Notes: generated by a model from the sequence alone, not told the origin. Numbered from the stretch's first letter, positions 26,714 through 40,245 are shown. The stretch is DNA of 64,000 nucleotides from Nemertoderma westbladi (GCA_032718475.1 JAUCBJ010005675.1:49186-113185), one strand, 5' to 3'. A program made the numbers and translations.

Positions 26714-28283
26714 CTGAAATAAATATAAACATAACATTGAATGTAATCCTAAAAACTTTATGTTAGCTAGCTAGAAGTTCAATGAACTCAAGGGCACCCC
26801 ATTTGATTCCTGAGCTCCATAACATAAGTGTGACAATCCTAATCCAATCCGACAGGAATGTCACCCTAAATCAAACGTCTATATTTTCCTGTTGATATAA
26901 TGATACTACTAGACTAGGTGCCACTTAAAACTGTAGGCTACCATATAGTATGACGTATCGTGTAGTAATGTCATTTACTAAAATACAGACGTAGCGGCAT
27001 ACCAATTTTCCAGCCGCTGATTTTCAAATGTTTTCTATGGAATTTTGATAAAATACAGTTGATACATAGAAAACACATTATATAGAAAAGTTGAAATACT
27101 TTTTACTAAGAAATAGAAACAGGAGTATAATCTAATTACTAATTGCGTCTTTCTACAAAACAGGATGGAAATACCATCAGCCCGCCCCTTTGCCTCTACC
27201 ACATGAATATGTCATAATTAGGTCTAACATTATAAACGGGTGGCAAAATTACTTACGAGTAATGACTCCACAATTCGGTGAGATATTCTCCTTTTAGCCA
27301 TAATATATTATGTGATATAATAATATATTTTAAAAATATACCTTTAAATTCAACAACAATTAAAGAAACCGAAACTTAGTGGGGATAATGTAACTAATCA
27401 TTGAACATTTGATTTCATTAAAAATAAATCAACTAACCAGAACGAAACACTGAAGTACCTGTGATGCGTGCCCTCGATAAAATCCATATATTTACCATCA
27501 AAACAAAGGTCACCTTGTGAGGGATCTATACAACACAGCCAAGCAATCATCTTATCAGCAGCAATCAGCTCATTATATGTGCTGATTTATGCAGCAGTAT
27601 GTGCAATGGATGAAGCATCCGAGATTCATATCATATCTACCCCAGTTTGAAAATTCATTAAAAAACAAATAACATTACATGATGGATTTATTACCTGATT
27701 TAGTTCAAAGTTTATTTATAAATAAATTCAATACGATGGCACTATTTCAGCTTAAAAAGAAATGATTAAAAGCACGCAATTTCCGCTGTATTCTTTGCGG
27801 TCTAAGAAAAACGATTTGGACAAACTGTTCAGTTTGCCTTTACACACTTTAACTGCCATTTGTAAACCTACTAACCAGGCCAATTTAAGCCAATATGCTA
27901 AACCATGTGGTTTACGAGTATTATGTCAAAACAATACTCGTTATTAGGAATATAGTCAACGCAGACTCGTCTTCATTCCAAACATCGTTGCACTCGTCCT
28001 GTACATCTGGCCACCAAATAACTAGCATAAAACATTCCACCACCGGTACTGATCAAAATGACATATCATCCAGTACGCTTAAACCAGGTTGTTAACAAGT
28101 ATAGTCAACACAATACTATAATACTGCAATAATAAAATACTGCAAATTCTAATTGTAAAATATCTAAACTTTTGCTAAATAACATGTCTACCAAGTTTAG
28201 TTCGATTTCATAGAGGATCAACTGAGTTATTAACGTTTACAAACCCGGATCTACAGAACGACAGATCTAACAGATGGTTTGGT

Positions 28284-28740
28284 GCAACCTCGCCCTCGTA
28301 CATCCTTCACTGGGTAGGGAAACCTTCCCCCGCATCCAATCTTCGCCCCCGTCCAACCTTCGCCCGCGTCCAATCTTCGCCCACGTCCAACCTTCGCCCG
28401 GGAGAAACCTTCGCCAGCAAGGCAATTTTCGCCCGCGAGCTACCTTCGCCCAATAAGATTTGTGTTAGTAACCATTTTAGTTAACAATTGAGGGAAAGGA
28501 GCAGGATACAGAGACGGTCTTTTCTATCCAAAACAATAAACGATGTTGTTACCAATTGAGGGAAAGGAGCAGTTTACAGAGACGGCTTCTTCTAACCAAA
28601 ACAATAATTGTTTAGTGGGCGAAGATTGCCTACGGGCGAAGGTTTCCGTCGGGCGCTTTTTGCTTATTTTGAGGGCAAAGATTGCTCCGGGCGAAGATTG
28701 GACACGGGCGAATCTTTCTCGCGGGCGAAGTTTGCTGCGT
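28284..28740. mobile_element. MITE-like element with inverted arrays of CTTCGCCC/GGGCGAAG subterminal motifs
   Basis: Left arm has repeated aaccttcgccc, right arm repeated gggcgaag; the centre holds a 68-bp-family unit also found at 62967-63490. Confidence 0.65.
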
Positions 28741-28742
28741 AT

Positions 28743-29368
28743 CCGTACCCTACAGACACACCGAATGAGATAGTGAGCGGTACCCGTACCCTACAGACAC
28801 ACCGAATGAGATAGTGAGTGGTACCCGTACCCTACAGACACACCGAATGAGATAGTGAGTGGTACCCGTACCCTACAGACACACCGAATGAGATAGTGAG
28901 TGGTACCCGTACCCTACAGACACACCGAATGAGATAGTGAGCGGTACCCGTACCCTACAGACACACCGAATGAGATAGTGAGTGGTACCCGTACCCTACA
29001 GACACACCGAATGAGATAGTGAGTGGTACCCGTACCCTACAGACACACCGAATGAGATAGTGAGTGGTACCCGTACCCTACAGACACACCGAATGAGATA
29101 GTGAGTGGTACCCGTACCCTACAGACACACCGAATGAGATAGTGAGCGGTACCCGTACCCTACAGACACACCGAATGAGATAGTGAGTGGTACCCGTACC
29201 CTACAGACACACCGAATGAGATAGTGAGCGGTACCCGTACCCTACAGACACACCGAATGAGATAGTGAGTGGTACCCGTACCCTACAGACACACCGAATG
29301 AGATAGTGAGTGGTTCTGGTACCCGTACCCTACAGACACACCGAATGAGATAGTGAGTGGTACCCGTA
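28743..29368. repeat. 41-bp minisatellite, about 15 copies
   Basis: (CCGTACCCTACAGACACACCGAATGAGATAGTGAGYGGTAC)n. Confidence 0.95.
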
Positions 29369-31197
29369 TCCCAAGCTCGCTAACTTTCGTGGCTCGCCTC
29401 ACAGGTAAAATAATATGATGATTATAATATAATATCATATTATGAAATCAATAAAGATATTTTATAACTTATTATGTAACATGTAACCAATATTGATACT
29501 AACAATTTTAGTCTAGTAACATTGCCATAATTGGGCAAGTTTACTACAAACGGAATTTGGCCATATATAACTGCAGTTGATAATAAATAATACTAAAAAG
29601 TTTAGTAATAAAAATGAATCATAATTCACTGAATAACAATACAAAAATGCGTTATTATTGGCCTAAAATAACTCGGCAAAACAGGCATTAACACTCAATT
29701 GACATGCTGTGACCCAAGAATAGCTTTAATAGCTCAGTTCTTTGTGATAATTATTAATAACGCATAATCTATAATCTTTCACCAGCGTTCGCTTAAAATA
29801 ATTAACTGCCTGCGTACATTTAATAATAAAATAAACTCAACATATTAAGTGGAAGTGCGGCCATAGACAGATGCTGTGAGATGATGCATTATTGCTCAAT
29901 GCGATATAGTCATGTCATTCAATAATCAAGTTTGAAAAACTTATTAATTATTGACAAAATATACTAATAAAGTTTTGTCTAAGAACAATAGGCCTAACTC
30001 ACGAGAGTCGGCTACACGTCATTTACTATGTGGGATTTAAACTTTAATTTATTTACGTATTTACTTATTGTGGGCGTATCTACTATTGCTGCGAGGCAGC
30101 AGATGAATAAAACCTTTATCTATAGCAGATACTGTCAGATAGATATGTATAATAGGGTCCTCCGGGGACCGGTCACGGCATGTAACAAAGTAGCCTAGAT
30201 AAAAGAATATGTACTGCAGTGCTCTGACTAACACCGACATACTGACTGTCCAACACCGGTAGGTCTCCCCCCCTCGTCCCAGGGTGTCCGTGGGGCGAGC
30301 CATATATTATCACCACACTTATTAACGTATTTAAAGCTGTCAAGTTGAAAATTTGTAGGCATCAATAAGACCAAAAGTTGAGATTATTTAGAGACCTTCA
30401 GGAACCATACAACAACAGTCTCCCGCTAGAGCCAAGTATACTTCCATTTCTTTGCTTAGATTTGTACTAGACCATGAGCTGTTTCTTTCAAAGGAGGTTA
30501 ATCCTTCAGAAGTTCTCCAGTTTACCGCTAGAGGGCGAAATATCTGAAAGTGGACTGGAATCCTTGACCCCATTCCGTTATTATTTTATGACCCGTTCAA
30601 GCTGAAACAGGTAGATATTTGCTAGCACATATCAAGTGTTTTTCTAGGGTCGGTTATCGGTCTCCAGTTCTCCTGTCTGCCGCTAGAGGGCGAAATATAA
30701 GAAAGTCATAACCTTTCTCTCATTTCCTAGATTTTAATCTGTTTAATCTAAATATTGAAATGTATCTACTAGACCACATGTTGCATTCGTGCAAGACTAT
30801 CTATAGGTTGCTTCTTTGTGGGGACGTTAATCCTTCGGCAATTCTCCCGTCTACCTCTATACTTCAGCCATTTCGTATTATTGTTTATAATCCTTTCTTC
30901 CTGATTGTTACCTGACATCTATTCTAGACCTCAGACTGAGTTTTTGTGAGGCCCTTAAATCGACTGCAGTTATCCTGTCTGCCTCTAGGTGGTGTAAATG
31001 GAGTAGGGGATCTGCTTATATTTTGCTTATAATTCTTTCGAGTTTATACTTAACATAAGTTTATGTAACGTTCTGCGCGAAGGTCCCACTTCGTGTAGAG
31101 CCAAACTTACTTCCTTACAAACAACCACGTAAAGGCAGGTATTTTGAAACTATGATGCTTTAAGATTAACTGAAGTTGATATTTGTACCACTCCTGT

Positions 31198-31450
31198 AAT
31201 GTGGGTACTTACCAGATCTCTTTTACTTTCAGTTCACATAGGTACCGGTCCTGTAACTATCAGGATGTGGATACTTACCCGATCTCGTTTACTTTCAGTT
31301 GGCATAGGTACCGATTCTGTAACTATCTGGATGTGAGTACTTTACCGATCTCTTTTACTTTCAGTTGACACCGGTAAGGTACCGGCCATGTACCTATCTG
31401 GGTACTTACTACCCGATCTCTATCTATTACTTTCACTTTAATGTTACCGG
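31198..31450. repeat. Distal, more degenerate part (about 4 copies) of the 65-bp RIM exon-donor repeat
   Basis: gtgggtacttacc(c/a)gatctcttttactttcagtt recurs about 4 times; same unit as at 32540-32855. Confidence 0.85.
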
Positions 31451-31458
31451 TATGTACC

Positions 31459-32532
31459 TACACCATGTCCTGGAATATAGTGTCCTTATTCCGGTACCCG
31501 CCCCACATCCCCCCCCCCCCTTTTTTTTCTACAAATATTGGTTAGATTGCATGAAATTTGAAACAGAGTTACCTCCGCCTTAGTGGGTGAGCCAGAATTG
31601 TTATTTTTGCTTTCATTCTTTACACTTTATTCTGCTACAAGCGTTTCAAAAAGTGTTTCCGTCGATATTGCACCAGATACACCGCAGTTATTCTTCAACC
31701 TTATAGTGATTTGTTGGAACTAGTGTAAAGCTGACGATGCAAGGATTCCAAATGTAAAAATATTTGAATTTGGTTGGGAAAAAGCTGAGATAGGGGCATT
31801 CGAATCTTGCATGTTGCTTCCGCTGCAAGCCATTTATTCTATTTAATAAACACTTGCATTGTTGCTAAGCTTATTATGATATAAAAAACATGTACCAGAA
31901 TATTGGGTAGTTATTAAATTGAATAAATTGCATGCAGCGGAAGCAAATACATGATACTTTCGAATGCCCACATCTCGGCTATTTCCAAACCAAATTCAAA
32001 TATTTTTACATATTTGGAATCCTTGCAAGGCCGGCTTTGCATGAAAATGAGAGTTTATACTAGCTATCTTCGTCAATATGTTAGCTTTTATTATTCTAAT
32101 TATTACATTTTTTTAAATAGTTCAAAATTAATATACAAGCTAGTTTTTGTTATTTTTAAATTGTTATTCTAGAACATGTTTGCTGGTTTACAAAAATGTT
32201 CCAGAATTTTTTTTCTGTAACCTTTCAAGAGGTCTAGAACATAGTTCTAGAAATTCTTAGTGGGTGAGTCATTATTATTCTAATTATTATTCTACCTTAT
32301 AAGGTAGAATAATAACTGCGGTGTAACTGGTGCAACATCGATAGAGACACCTTTTCTTAAAAGCTTGTAGATAAAAAATGAAAGCAAAAAATAAAATTGA
32401 TGGCTTACCCACTAAGAATGAGGGGGCAGGTACAGCACCTGAATAACGACACAATATTCCGGGCAAGGACTACTATACTGATCTATATTATATAATGATT
32501 GTATAGTAGTCCTTGATTCGGGGTATGGTGTA
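31459..32532. mobile_element. CACCATG-family MITE inserted into the 65-bp donor repeat array
   Basis: tacaccatgtcctggaatatagtgtccttattc ... gaataacgacacaatattcc...tatggtgta; long internal inverted symmetry; TA flanks. Confidence 0.75.
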
Positions 32533-32539
32533 ACTAAAT

Positions 32540-32855
32540 GTGGGTACTTACCCGATCTTCTTTACTTTCAGTTGACGTCGGTACCGGTCAGGTACATCCT
32601 GTCTGGATGTGAATACTTACCCGATCTCTGTTACATTCCGTTCAGATTGGTACCGGTATGTGCCTATCTGGATGTGGGTACTTACCCGATCTCTTTTACT
32701 TTCAGTTCAGATTGGTACCGGTATGTCCCTATCTGGATGTGGGTACTTACCCGATCTCTTTTACTTTCAGTTCAGATTGGTACCGGTATGTCCCTATCTG
32801 GATGTGGGTACTTACCCGATCTCTTTTACTTTCAGTTGACATCGGTACCGGTCCT
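32540..32855. repeat. 65-bp tandem repeat of the RIM exon 3' end plus GTAAGT donor (4 extra copies plus the real junction)
   Basis: ACTTAC (minus-strand GTAAGT) at 32546, 32615, 32680, 32745 and 32810 (real donor), each followed on the plus strand by CCGATCT...TAC.TTC.GTT. Confidence 0.92.
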
Positions 32856-32949
32856 GTGGTTGTCTGTATGTTGGACGATGGACTTAAGGCATTCGCAGCA
32901 GCGGCTTCTTTATAGGACTTCATCTTCAACTTTAATTGATCAGCTCTGA
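32816..32949 (-). CDS. RIMS: RIM exon
   Basis: tttgcag|(V)RADQLKLKMKSYKEAAAANALSPSSNIQTTTGPVPMSTESKRDR|gtaagt; resembles RIM RTRQMKMKV..FKQ; phase 1-0 fits both neighbours. Confidence 0.88.
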
Positions 32950-34095
32950 CTGCAAAGATTAATTTCCGCACAAAATTATATTAATCTCTTTAATAATAGG
33001 AGATTATTGTTATTATTATAATAATGATAATAATAAAATAAGATTAATAATTATTATTATGATTATTATTAATTATAGGGCGCTTTTCCACGCCCAAGAT
33101 ACTCAAAACGATCGCATTATTATTACACCCAGCAAAACCAGGCTCAAACTCAACCTGGCTTTGCTGAAGTAATAAATAAGGCTCCCATAATACCGCTGGG
33201 ACTAAAGGTCTAAAGTATCTTGCAACAGTACGAAATGTCTACAGCCTTTAGTCGGATTTGAACCTACGTCAAGAAACACTATTGTGAAAGCAGTTAAGGA
33301 GCTGTATCCACTCGGACACTGTCAGATTATAATTCAGTTCAATAAAACTTCGTTGGTTTATTACCTATAATTATGTAATCAAAACCGTTGGCAAATAAAA
33401 ATCTTTTATTGTTAAATTTCTGGATTACTTAACGCTCGTCTATGGACGAGCCGTAAATAATCCACCTATTTATTTCTCGCTCGTACTGTCTTGGATACTA
33501 TTAATAGGAGAGTGTATTATTTAACTATTTCTTGTTGCAGTTACCTAATATAAGGTATTTTTTTTATACTAGCTAGTATGTTCGTCAACGTCAACATGTT
33601 AGCTATTATTTTTATAATTATTACATTTTTTAAAATAGTTCAAAATTAATATACTACAAAGTTTTTGTTATTTTTAAATTGTTATTCTAGAACCTGTTTG
33701 CTGGTTTATAAAAGTGTTCCAGAATTTTTTTTGTAACCTTTTAAGAGGTCTAGAACATAGTTCTACAAATATGGTATATAATAGCGAAAATGTTCGTGAA
33801 TCGTAAACAAAACATACAAATATAAAAAAGTTGCCAATATTATACATCTTGTTTAGTAATCCAAAATTTTAACAATAAAACAACATATTATATTGTGTAT
33901 AATGTACCTTTATCTCAATATTTCACTAACTCGCTCCGCTCGTTCGTGTAAATATTAGCACTCGGGACCGGCGTGAGATTAAGTGCCATATTATACACAA
34001 TATAACAAATAGTTATTATGTAATTTCCAATAGAATTCAAAATTAAATGAATTCCAAGTGGCACAATATGCTTGATTAAATACTTACGGTGTACT

Positions 34096-37000
34096 AAATA
34101 ACAGGTCATGCAGCGAGCGGATTGCTAAAATTAGCCTGGGCCGATCTTTATCTTATATAAGGCACTATTTTCATAATATTTCATTAGGAATTTCTTATAT
34201 GCTATTTTTGTTAGGTGGATATGATTACCAGGGTTCGTAGAAATCTAATAAAATGTATTTTCGGAATTGTTGTCAAGGCAACCGGGTACAAAGTTCAAAC
34301 TGTGCGTTCCTGTAATTCAAGACGACGTGGGATTCTGTTCTTGAGATTTGGTAGGTGAGTAAAGGGAATAAAAGTCTATCAGAATATTTGATACTTACAT
34401 TTTTTCAATCCCGTTTCCATGGTGATGGGTATAACAATAATTTACCATTATGACCGCCAGATAGAAATTGGGCTACTACTTACTACATGTTTTTTTCTAT
34501 CATTTGCAACATACAGTACATGCCTGGTGGCTGTCCTTTGTTTCTAATAATTGCTAACCGAAATTTAATATTTTGGAATGTAATAATAATGCCTTCACAG
34601 GTCTTGATCTCTGATTGGACAGTTTTGTTTATCCAGTTTTGCACTTATTGACCTTTATTAATATGTTTCACAATTGACGATATATAAAGAAAAAGTTTAC
34701 AAATTTAACTTAGTATTTAAACTGACAAACTGAAAAAAATAGTGCTTTATGATCAATTCCATGGTGTCGGACGTTGGGGCAAACCCAAATTTTCGGTTGT
34801 TTTTTACTATTTGTAGGAAATTGTTAATTCAAGGTCAATCAGAGTAATGCTTATACTACCCCAAATTCGAAGCTCTATATGAGAACACATAATGAGTCCA
34901 CTGAAAACTACTGGAGTTCTAGAAATTCGAGCTTAAAAAGTGGGTGTCGGACGTTTGAGTTTTGGGACAGTAATTTTTGGCTAAAAATTCAAACATTCGT
35001 GTAACAGTGCCGATGAGAGCTTTTACAAATTTAGGCTAACCACAGTGATCAGCAACTATTTGGCTACCTAATATTAATCCAACCTTTGCAATATCCTAAA
35101 TCTAACATACAGTTTTTGTAGTTTGATTGGAATCGAAATGGTGTCGGACGTTTGGTGTCGGACGTTTGGATTTGCCCACTAATCCATGTTCTTTTATTTG
35201 TACTTTGTCGGTAATGAATACGAGGGTTCATATTCGCTTTGTCTTGAACAACATCTCTGCTTTACGGGGGTAGAAAAATAAAATAATTTCGTTCACAACT
35301 TTTCAAACTATGCCATGTTTATCGAACTGTACATTTTTTATTACTTGTTTCTCAAAAACTTTTTATGCGGTGCTAAATGGTTAAATTATGGTTAACCACA
35401 ATAATCTGCAACTATATGGTTAACTAATATATATCAAACTTTTGTTTTGTAATATCATCAATCTAACGCAAAGTTTTTGCAGTTTGATTGTAAATTAAAT
35501 AACGTTCCAATTATAACAGACTTATCCAGATTCCTATATTTGTACTAATGTGGATAAATCAATGGAAGTATCGTCCCGTGCTCTTACCGCCCTCCCACCG
35601 TCGCACTTAGCGATTCCCCCCCCCCCCCCCCCCCCCACCCGCATTCCTGTTACCCCCACCCCCAAACACATACAATATTTCAAAATGTTTCAATCTAGAT
35701 TACTGCTAAGCAAAAACATACTATTATTTTTCTCTCCAAAACAATAAACAGATGTTACCAATTTGGGGAAAAGAGCAAGTTATGGAGACGGTAAAAATAA
35801 GCAATGATGTTATCACATTGGGGAAATGAGTAATAATAAAATTATATACATGGGCTAACAGGAATGGGGGGGGGGGGGGGTGGGGGGTAACAGCACTGAG
35901 TCTTGAGAGCGACAACATTTATAACAATGACCCATGTTGAAAGTCAAATCATTGGCCTAACGAAACAGGTAACAGGTAGCAACAGTCAAATAGTAATAGT
36001 GATGGTAATACCAACGACTATTCGACATGCTTATCGAATTATAATGAAATTGTTGTTCATTGCCGGTTACCCTATGGATTTAGTAAATTCGTTTGGTAGA
36101 GCTTCTAACGTGGGAATCTCGAAACGGTATGTACTACGGATCCTGGCCCTTCCCCAGAACAAATTGGCTACTACTTGCTGGAATTAACTATTGTTTTATG
36201 TGACATTTTAATGCCGGGTAAAGCCATCTAATCACATTACAGTTACATTTTAGGTGTCGGACGTTTGTCAAACAAAGGTGCATATTCTGAGCTTCTGTAC
36301 ATGCCTGTTGCCAAGAGCAACAACCAATAGCAGAGGCTTTCAGTTCGGCACTACAATAACTTCCACAAAACCAACTCTATTTAATTGGGCGTGTAAATGG
36401 AAAGAAAATTGTGAAAAAAAGTGTCGGACGTTTGTGAAATTTACAAGAGTTTATTTAACACCAAATTTTCTTTACATGCAAGTATGCACTACCACTTTGT
36501 AATAGCTTATTTAATGCAGTAATAGATAACCTTAATATTGGTACCGAAAACATCAATTTATTCCGAGTACTTTAGAAATTATGACGGATCATTCACTTTA
36601 CTAAATCTGTACAAACGGCCCTAGTTATGACTTTTTAAATATAATATTCATAATCTATGATAAAATGGCACCAGAAAGTGTATTCAGTAATAAACAAATT
36701 ATGCATTTTATTTTTTAACTTTTTTGCCCGTTTCCTATGGAATTGACCTTATAGAATTGACAGACAATTATTCAAATTTTCATTATACCTATTACCATGG
36801 CAGCGGGAATGTTAAAAAATCAAATGTAAAATATTCTGATAGACTTTTATTCCCTTTAATCACCTACGAAATCTCAAGAATAAAATCCATCGTCGTCTTG
36901 AATTTACAGGCGCGCAAAGTTTGAACCTCGACAACAACAATATAAAAATTCCGAAAGACATTTTATTAAACTACTATGAACCATAGTCATCATATCCACC

Positions 37001-37122
37001 AAACCAAAGTAGCATCTAAGAAGTTTCTTAGGAAATATCATGAAAATAACTAGTGCGATAAATAGGGAACAGATCGGCCCACGCTAATTTCAGTGTTCCA
37101 CTCGGTTCCTGACCTGTTATTT
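34096..37122. mobile_element. Composite of about 3 kb: ~340-bp imperfect inverted arms enclosing an element with recurrent GTGTCGGACGTT motifs
   Basis: 34096-34440 is the reverse complement of 36780-37122 (e.g. aaagggaataaaagtctatcagaatattt / aaatattctgatagacttttattcccttt); GTGTCGGACGTT occurs 6 times inside. Confidence 0.7.
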
Positions 37123-37265
37123 ATTACACCTTGATTAAATATTAGTAACAGTATAAAACACATAAACCATATAATCTACATGGACTTTAATTATAAAAAA
37201 CTTAAATTTCAGTAGATATATTACATAGCATGAAATAAAACGACTTGAAGCCTTAAACAGCTAAC

Positions 37266-37393
37266 CTGGATCGGATTTAGGCACTACAGGTAATTGTCTG
37301 ATCCTCTGTCGACCACCTATGGTAGGAGTACTAGGGGCACTAGAATGGTCTGATGGTGACGGTGCCCCAAAGTTTTCTAGTCGGTCTCGATGT
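37266..37393 (-). CDS. RIMS: RIM exon with RIM-BP SH3-binding motif
   Basis: cttatag|(R)HRDRLENFGAPSPSDHSSAPSTPTIGGRQRIRQLPVVPKSDP|gttag; RQLPxxP motif; phase 2-1. Confidence 0.9.
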
Positions 37394-37862
37394 CTATAAG
37401 AAAACCATAATTACTTGAAAATTATAAATTATAAACTCCAAAATAATGAATAAATAAAAGACTAGTAGTGGACTAACTATTAAATAATTAACTATACCAC
37501 AGTTTACAGTTGGAAATAAATAGGACATCTTTATAACGATGTCCTATAATATTACGTACAAAATGGATAAAGATGAATAACCAGATGGTGTAGAATAATT
37601 ATTAACAGTATAAGGATATTAAGCTCATGAATAATAATATGATTTTGGGAAGTTGTATTTAAAGTGAAAAGCTAAAAAACCCTAAACATTAAATTTAGGC
37701 TTTATATAGATGTAGTTTCAATGTAACTGCGCGCGCAAGGCCACTTATTACTGACCAAATATAACTGCGGTGATGTTGACCGGATTACCTATTCACTGGG
37801 TCTAGTTGTTTATTTAAAAAAAACATGAAATCGAGACACTTTCATGTAATAGCACCACATAC

Positions 37863-38033
37863 CTGTCCACTGGGTAGTGACGGTTACCACTTATTGACGT
37901 TCTAGAATCACTTGCACTCCGACTACCCATAGGTTCCATTCTCCTGTCAATCACCCGTGGAACATGGCTGCCGGTTATACGAGGTTCGAAAGTCGGGGTC
38001 CTGTTTCTATCTCTACTGCTGTCGGTTCTGTAC
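37863..38033 (-). CDS. RIMS: RIM exon (Arg/Ser-rich linker)
   Basis: ctctatag|(R)YRTDSSRDRNRTPTFEPR...GNRHYPVD|gtatgt; 171 nt open, phase 2-2 consistent with neighbours. Confidence 0.8.
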
Positions 38034-39626
38034 CTATAGAGATAAACGATTGATTGTCAAAACCTACTTCAATTAAAGTGGAGCTAGCGGCAGTGGCTGC
38101 ATTAAACCCCCAGTGCAGCTCGGGTAACGTTCTCAGAACAGCAATCAACTACCGAACTACGTACAGTAGTAGTCGGGTCAATCTAGCAAAAAACCCATAA
38201 GTATTTCGCAAATAATCAGAACCACATATTTTGGATTCTATATTACCTTATTAATGACCAAAAAAAAGTCTCAGATATGAAATTTTATTTTGCGGATCAT
38301 GTGTTTATTCATGGAAATACTGCGTAAATTTGGATAACACAAGCCAAACAAAAGGAACAGTAGGGAATAGTAAGTAGCAAATTGGGGATATTCCAGAATA
38401 ATTTAATTAATTTCACACTTACCTGTGATTCAATGGGGAATGAGTAATATTTACACTGGCGTGTTACACATTAATTGCTATATCTCGGTAATTAGAGATC
38501 GAAGATTTTTCACATAATAAAATTGGTATTGCTCTATTGATTTTAGGTGTAATTTATTTACTTATTTAACTTTAAAAATCACAATAGTTTATCAAATGCC
38601 TGGGTATTTTTTTTGGGAATAAGGGTTTTCGGGGTCGACAAATCTGAGGGGCTCGGTTACATACCACCATTTTGTAGAGAAGTTAATAAGCTTCCCATTT
38701 TGTATCAGCCAAAATGATAGTAAAAATGAGGAAATTATCACTGGAGCTCTGCTTGAGTTCCACCAGCTATTACTACTGTAGTTAGTTTGTGACTGGCTGG
38801 CTGGATATGTTTGTGGCAGGAATGTTTGCACGCGAATAAGTCGGTTGGTTAATCATGGATGAAATGGTACCAAACTTGGTACACATGTAGTCTATCAAAA
38901 GTTTAGAAATTCTAAACACAGACAGACTTCTATAGTTGCTCTGTTTGCCGGTAGGGGGCGAATTGACGGAAACGTATTGTAATTATTGAGGTACCTACTG
39001 TACAAATTCAATACAACATATACAATAGTATTTACAGTACTGGCGGCCTAAACCCTAATTAAAACTGACATGTAACCCTAACCGTAATCTAAGATATTTA
39101 GCGGAATTTCCGACATTATTGCCGTAAGGCCCAATAATTTGGGTTAAGGCCTGACCACTAACCCTAACCAAAATAATAAACAAATACACCCATATAATAT
39201 CCAATCCTCCATAGCCTCAATAAATTTGGCCCAAATGTGGTCGGCCCATCTGTCCGATCACACTGAAATTTGGTAGTAGTAACCTACAAGCATTGCTTAA
39301 TTATAAATTATACACACAGACAGACTTTACAGTTCCAATGTCTGTCGCTAGGGGGTGAATAGAGCTCCATTTCATTGTGCTTAGTACGGTTTAATTATTC
39401 AAAATTCCGTTGCTCCGGAAACTAAATTAGTAACTATATAGTAGTGCATAGTTCAGTCAATCGCATAATATATTTTTATAGACTTTTTGGGGGTATTAAC
39501 AAGGTAAAGAATGAAAAAAATTTACTTTTTTGACAAATTGGACATTTGTCAATTTGACTCGCCTATAGCCTAAAAGGATAGACAGTACACTAAGTCAGAC
39601 TCGACTTCCAAAGTAATTAAACTTGC

Positions 39627-39735
39627 CTGGAGTCCCAAGAGTCAGGGGAAGAAGACCGTCTACTCGGCAACGGACGACGCCCTCTTGTGGAAGGAATAGG
39701 TAACGATTCCATACCATATTCATCCGGAGCCATTA
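39627..39735 (-). CDS. RIMS: RIM exon ending in a GC splice donor
   Basis: ttttctag|(V)MAPDEYGMESLPIPSTRGRRPLPSRRSSSPDSWDS AG|gcaagt; phase 1-2 fits the flanking exons. Confidence 0.75.
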
Positions 39736-39814
39736 CTAGAAAACAATTTAAATATTACTTTTTTTTTAAATAATATCAGAGGAAAAAGGAGGGGGAAATT
39801 TTTTAGATATAATT

Positions 39815-39900
39815 CACTGGCCCAGCCTGCAGGGTTAGAACCCACGACCTCCGGAGTGAGTTTAATTCAAGGCAATGGATTTAACCGCTACTCGAGGTGG
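39815..39900 (-). mobile_element. tRNA-derived SINE fragment
   Basis: Minus strand reads gtagcggttaaatc...gaggtcgtgggttctaaccc (A/B-box-like). Confidence 0.4.
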
Positions 39901-40021
39901 GCCTTAAAATCGCTAGAAAAAATGAATTTATGCGTGTTGTATTAGGACACGATCCTTAAAAATGTCTTTAACTGCATGCAAAGCTGCCATTAAGTTCAAT
40001 ATCCTCAACTTAACAATAAAC

Positions 40022-40245
40022 ACAATATTACATGTTCTACAGTTAATATACGGAATTAAAATCCTTCAGCGAATAAAACTGTAATAATCACTTCTGCCTT
40101 ATCCTTCAGCAAATTAACATAATATAATACTCGGCCTCGGTAATTATACAGGTTAATTTGCTTCTGGAACGTCATCAGTGATTATTCAGTTTTATTCGCT
40201 TCAGGTTATTATTTCCGTATATTAACTCTAGAATTGCAATATTGT
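40022..40245. mobile_element. Short palindromic MITE-like element
   Basis: acaatattac...gttaatatacggaa...gcgaataaaactg pairs with cagttttattcgc...ttccgtatattaac...gcaatattgt. Confidence 0.7.

Noticed and set aside
28743-29368. CRISPR-like appearance of the 41-bp repeat; GTGAGT within the unit
   Set aside because: Head-to-tail units with no unique spacers and no cas genes in a eukaryotic context; the GTGAGT is antisense to RIM and not adjacent to an exon.
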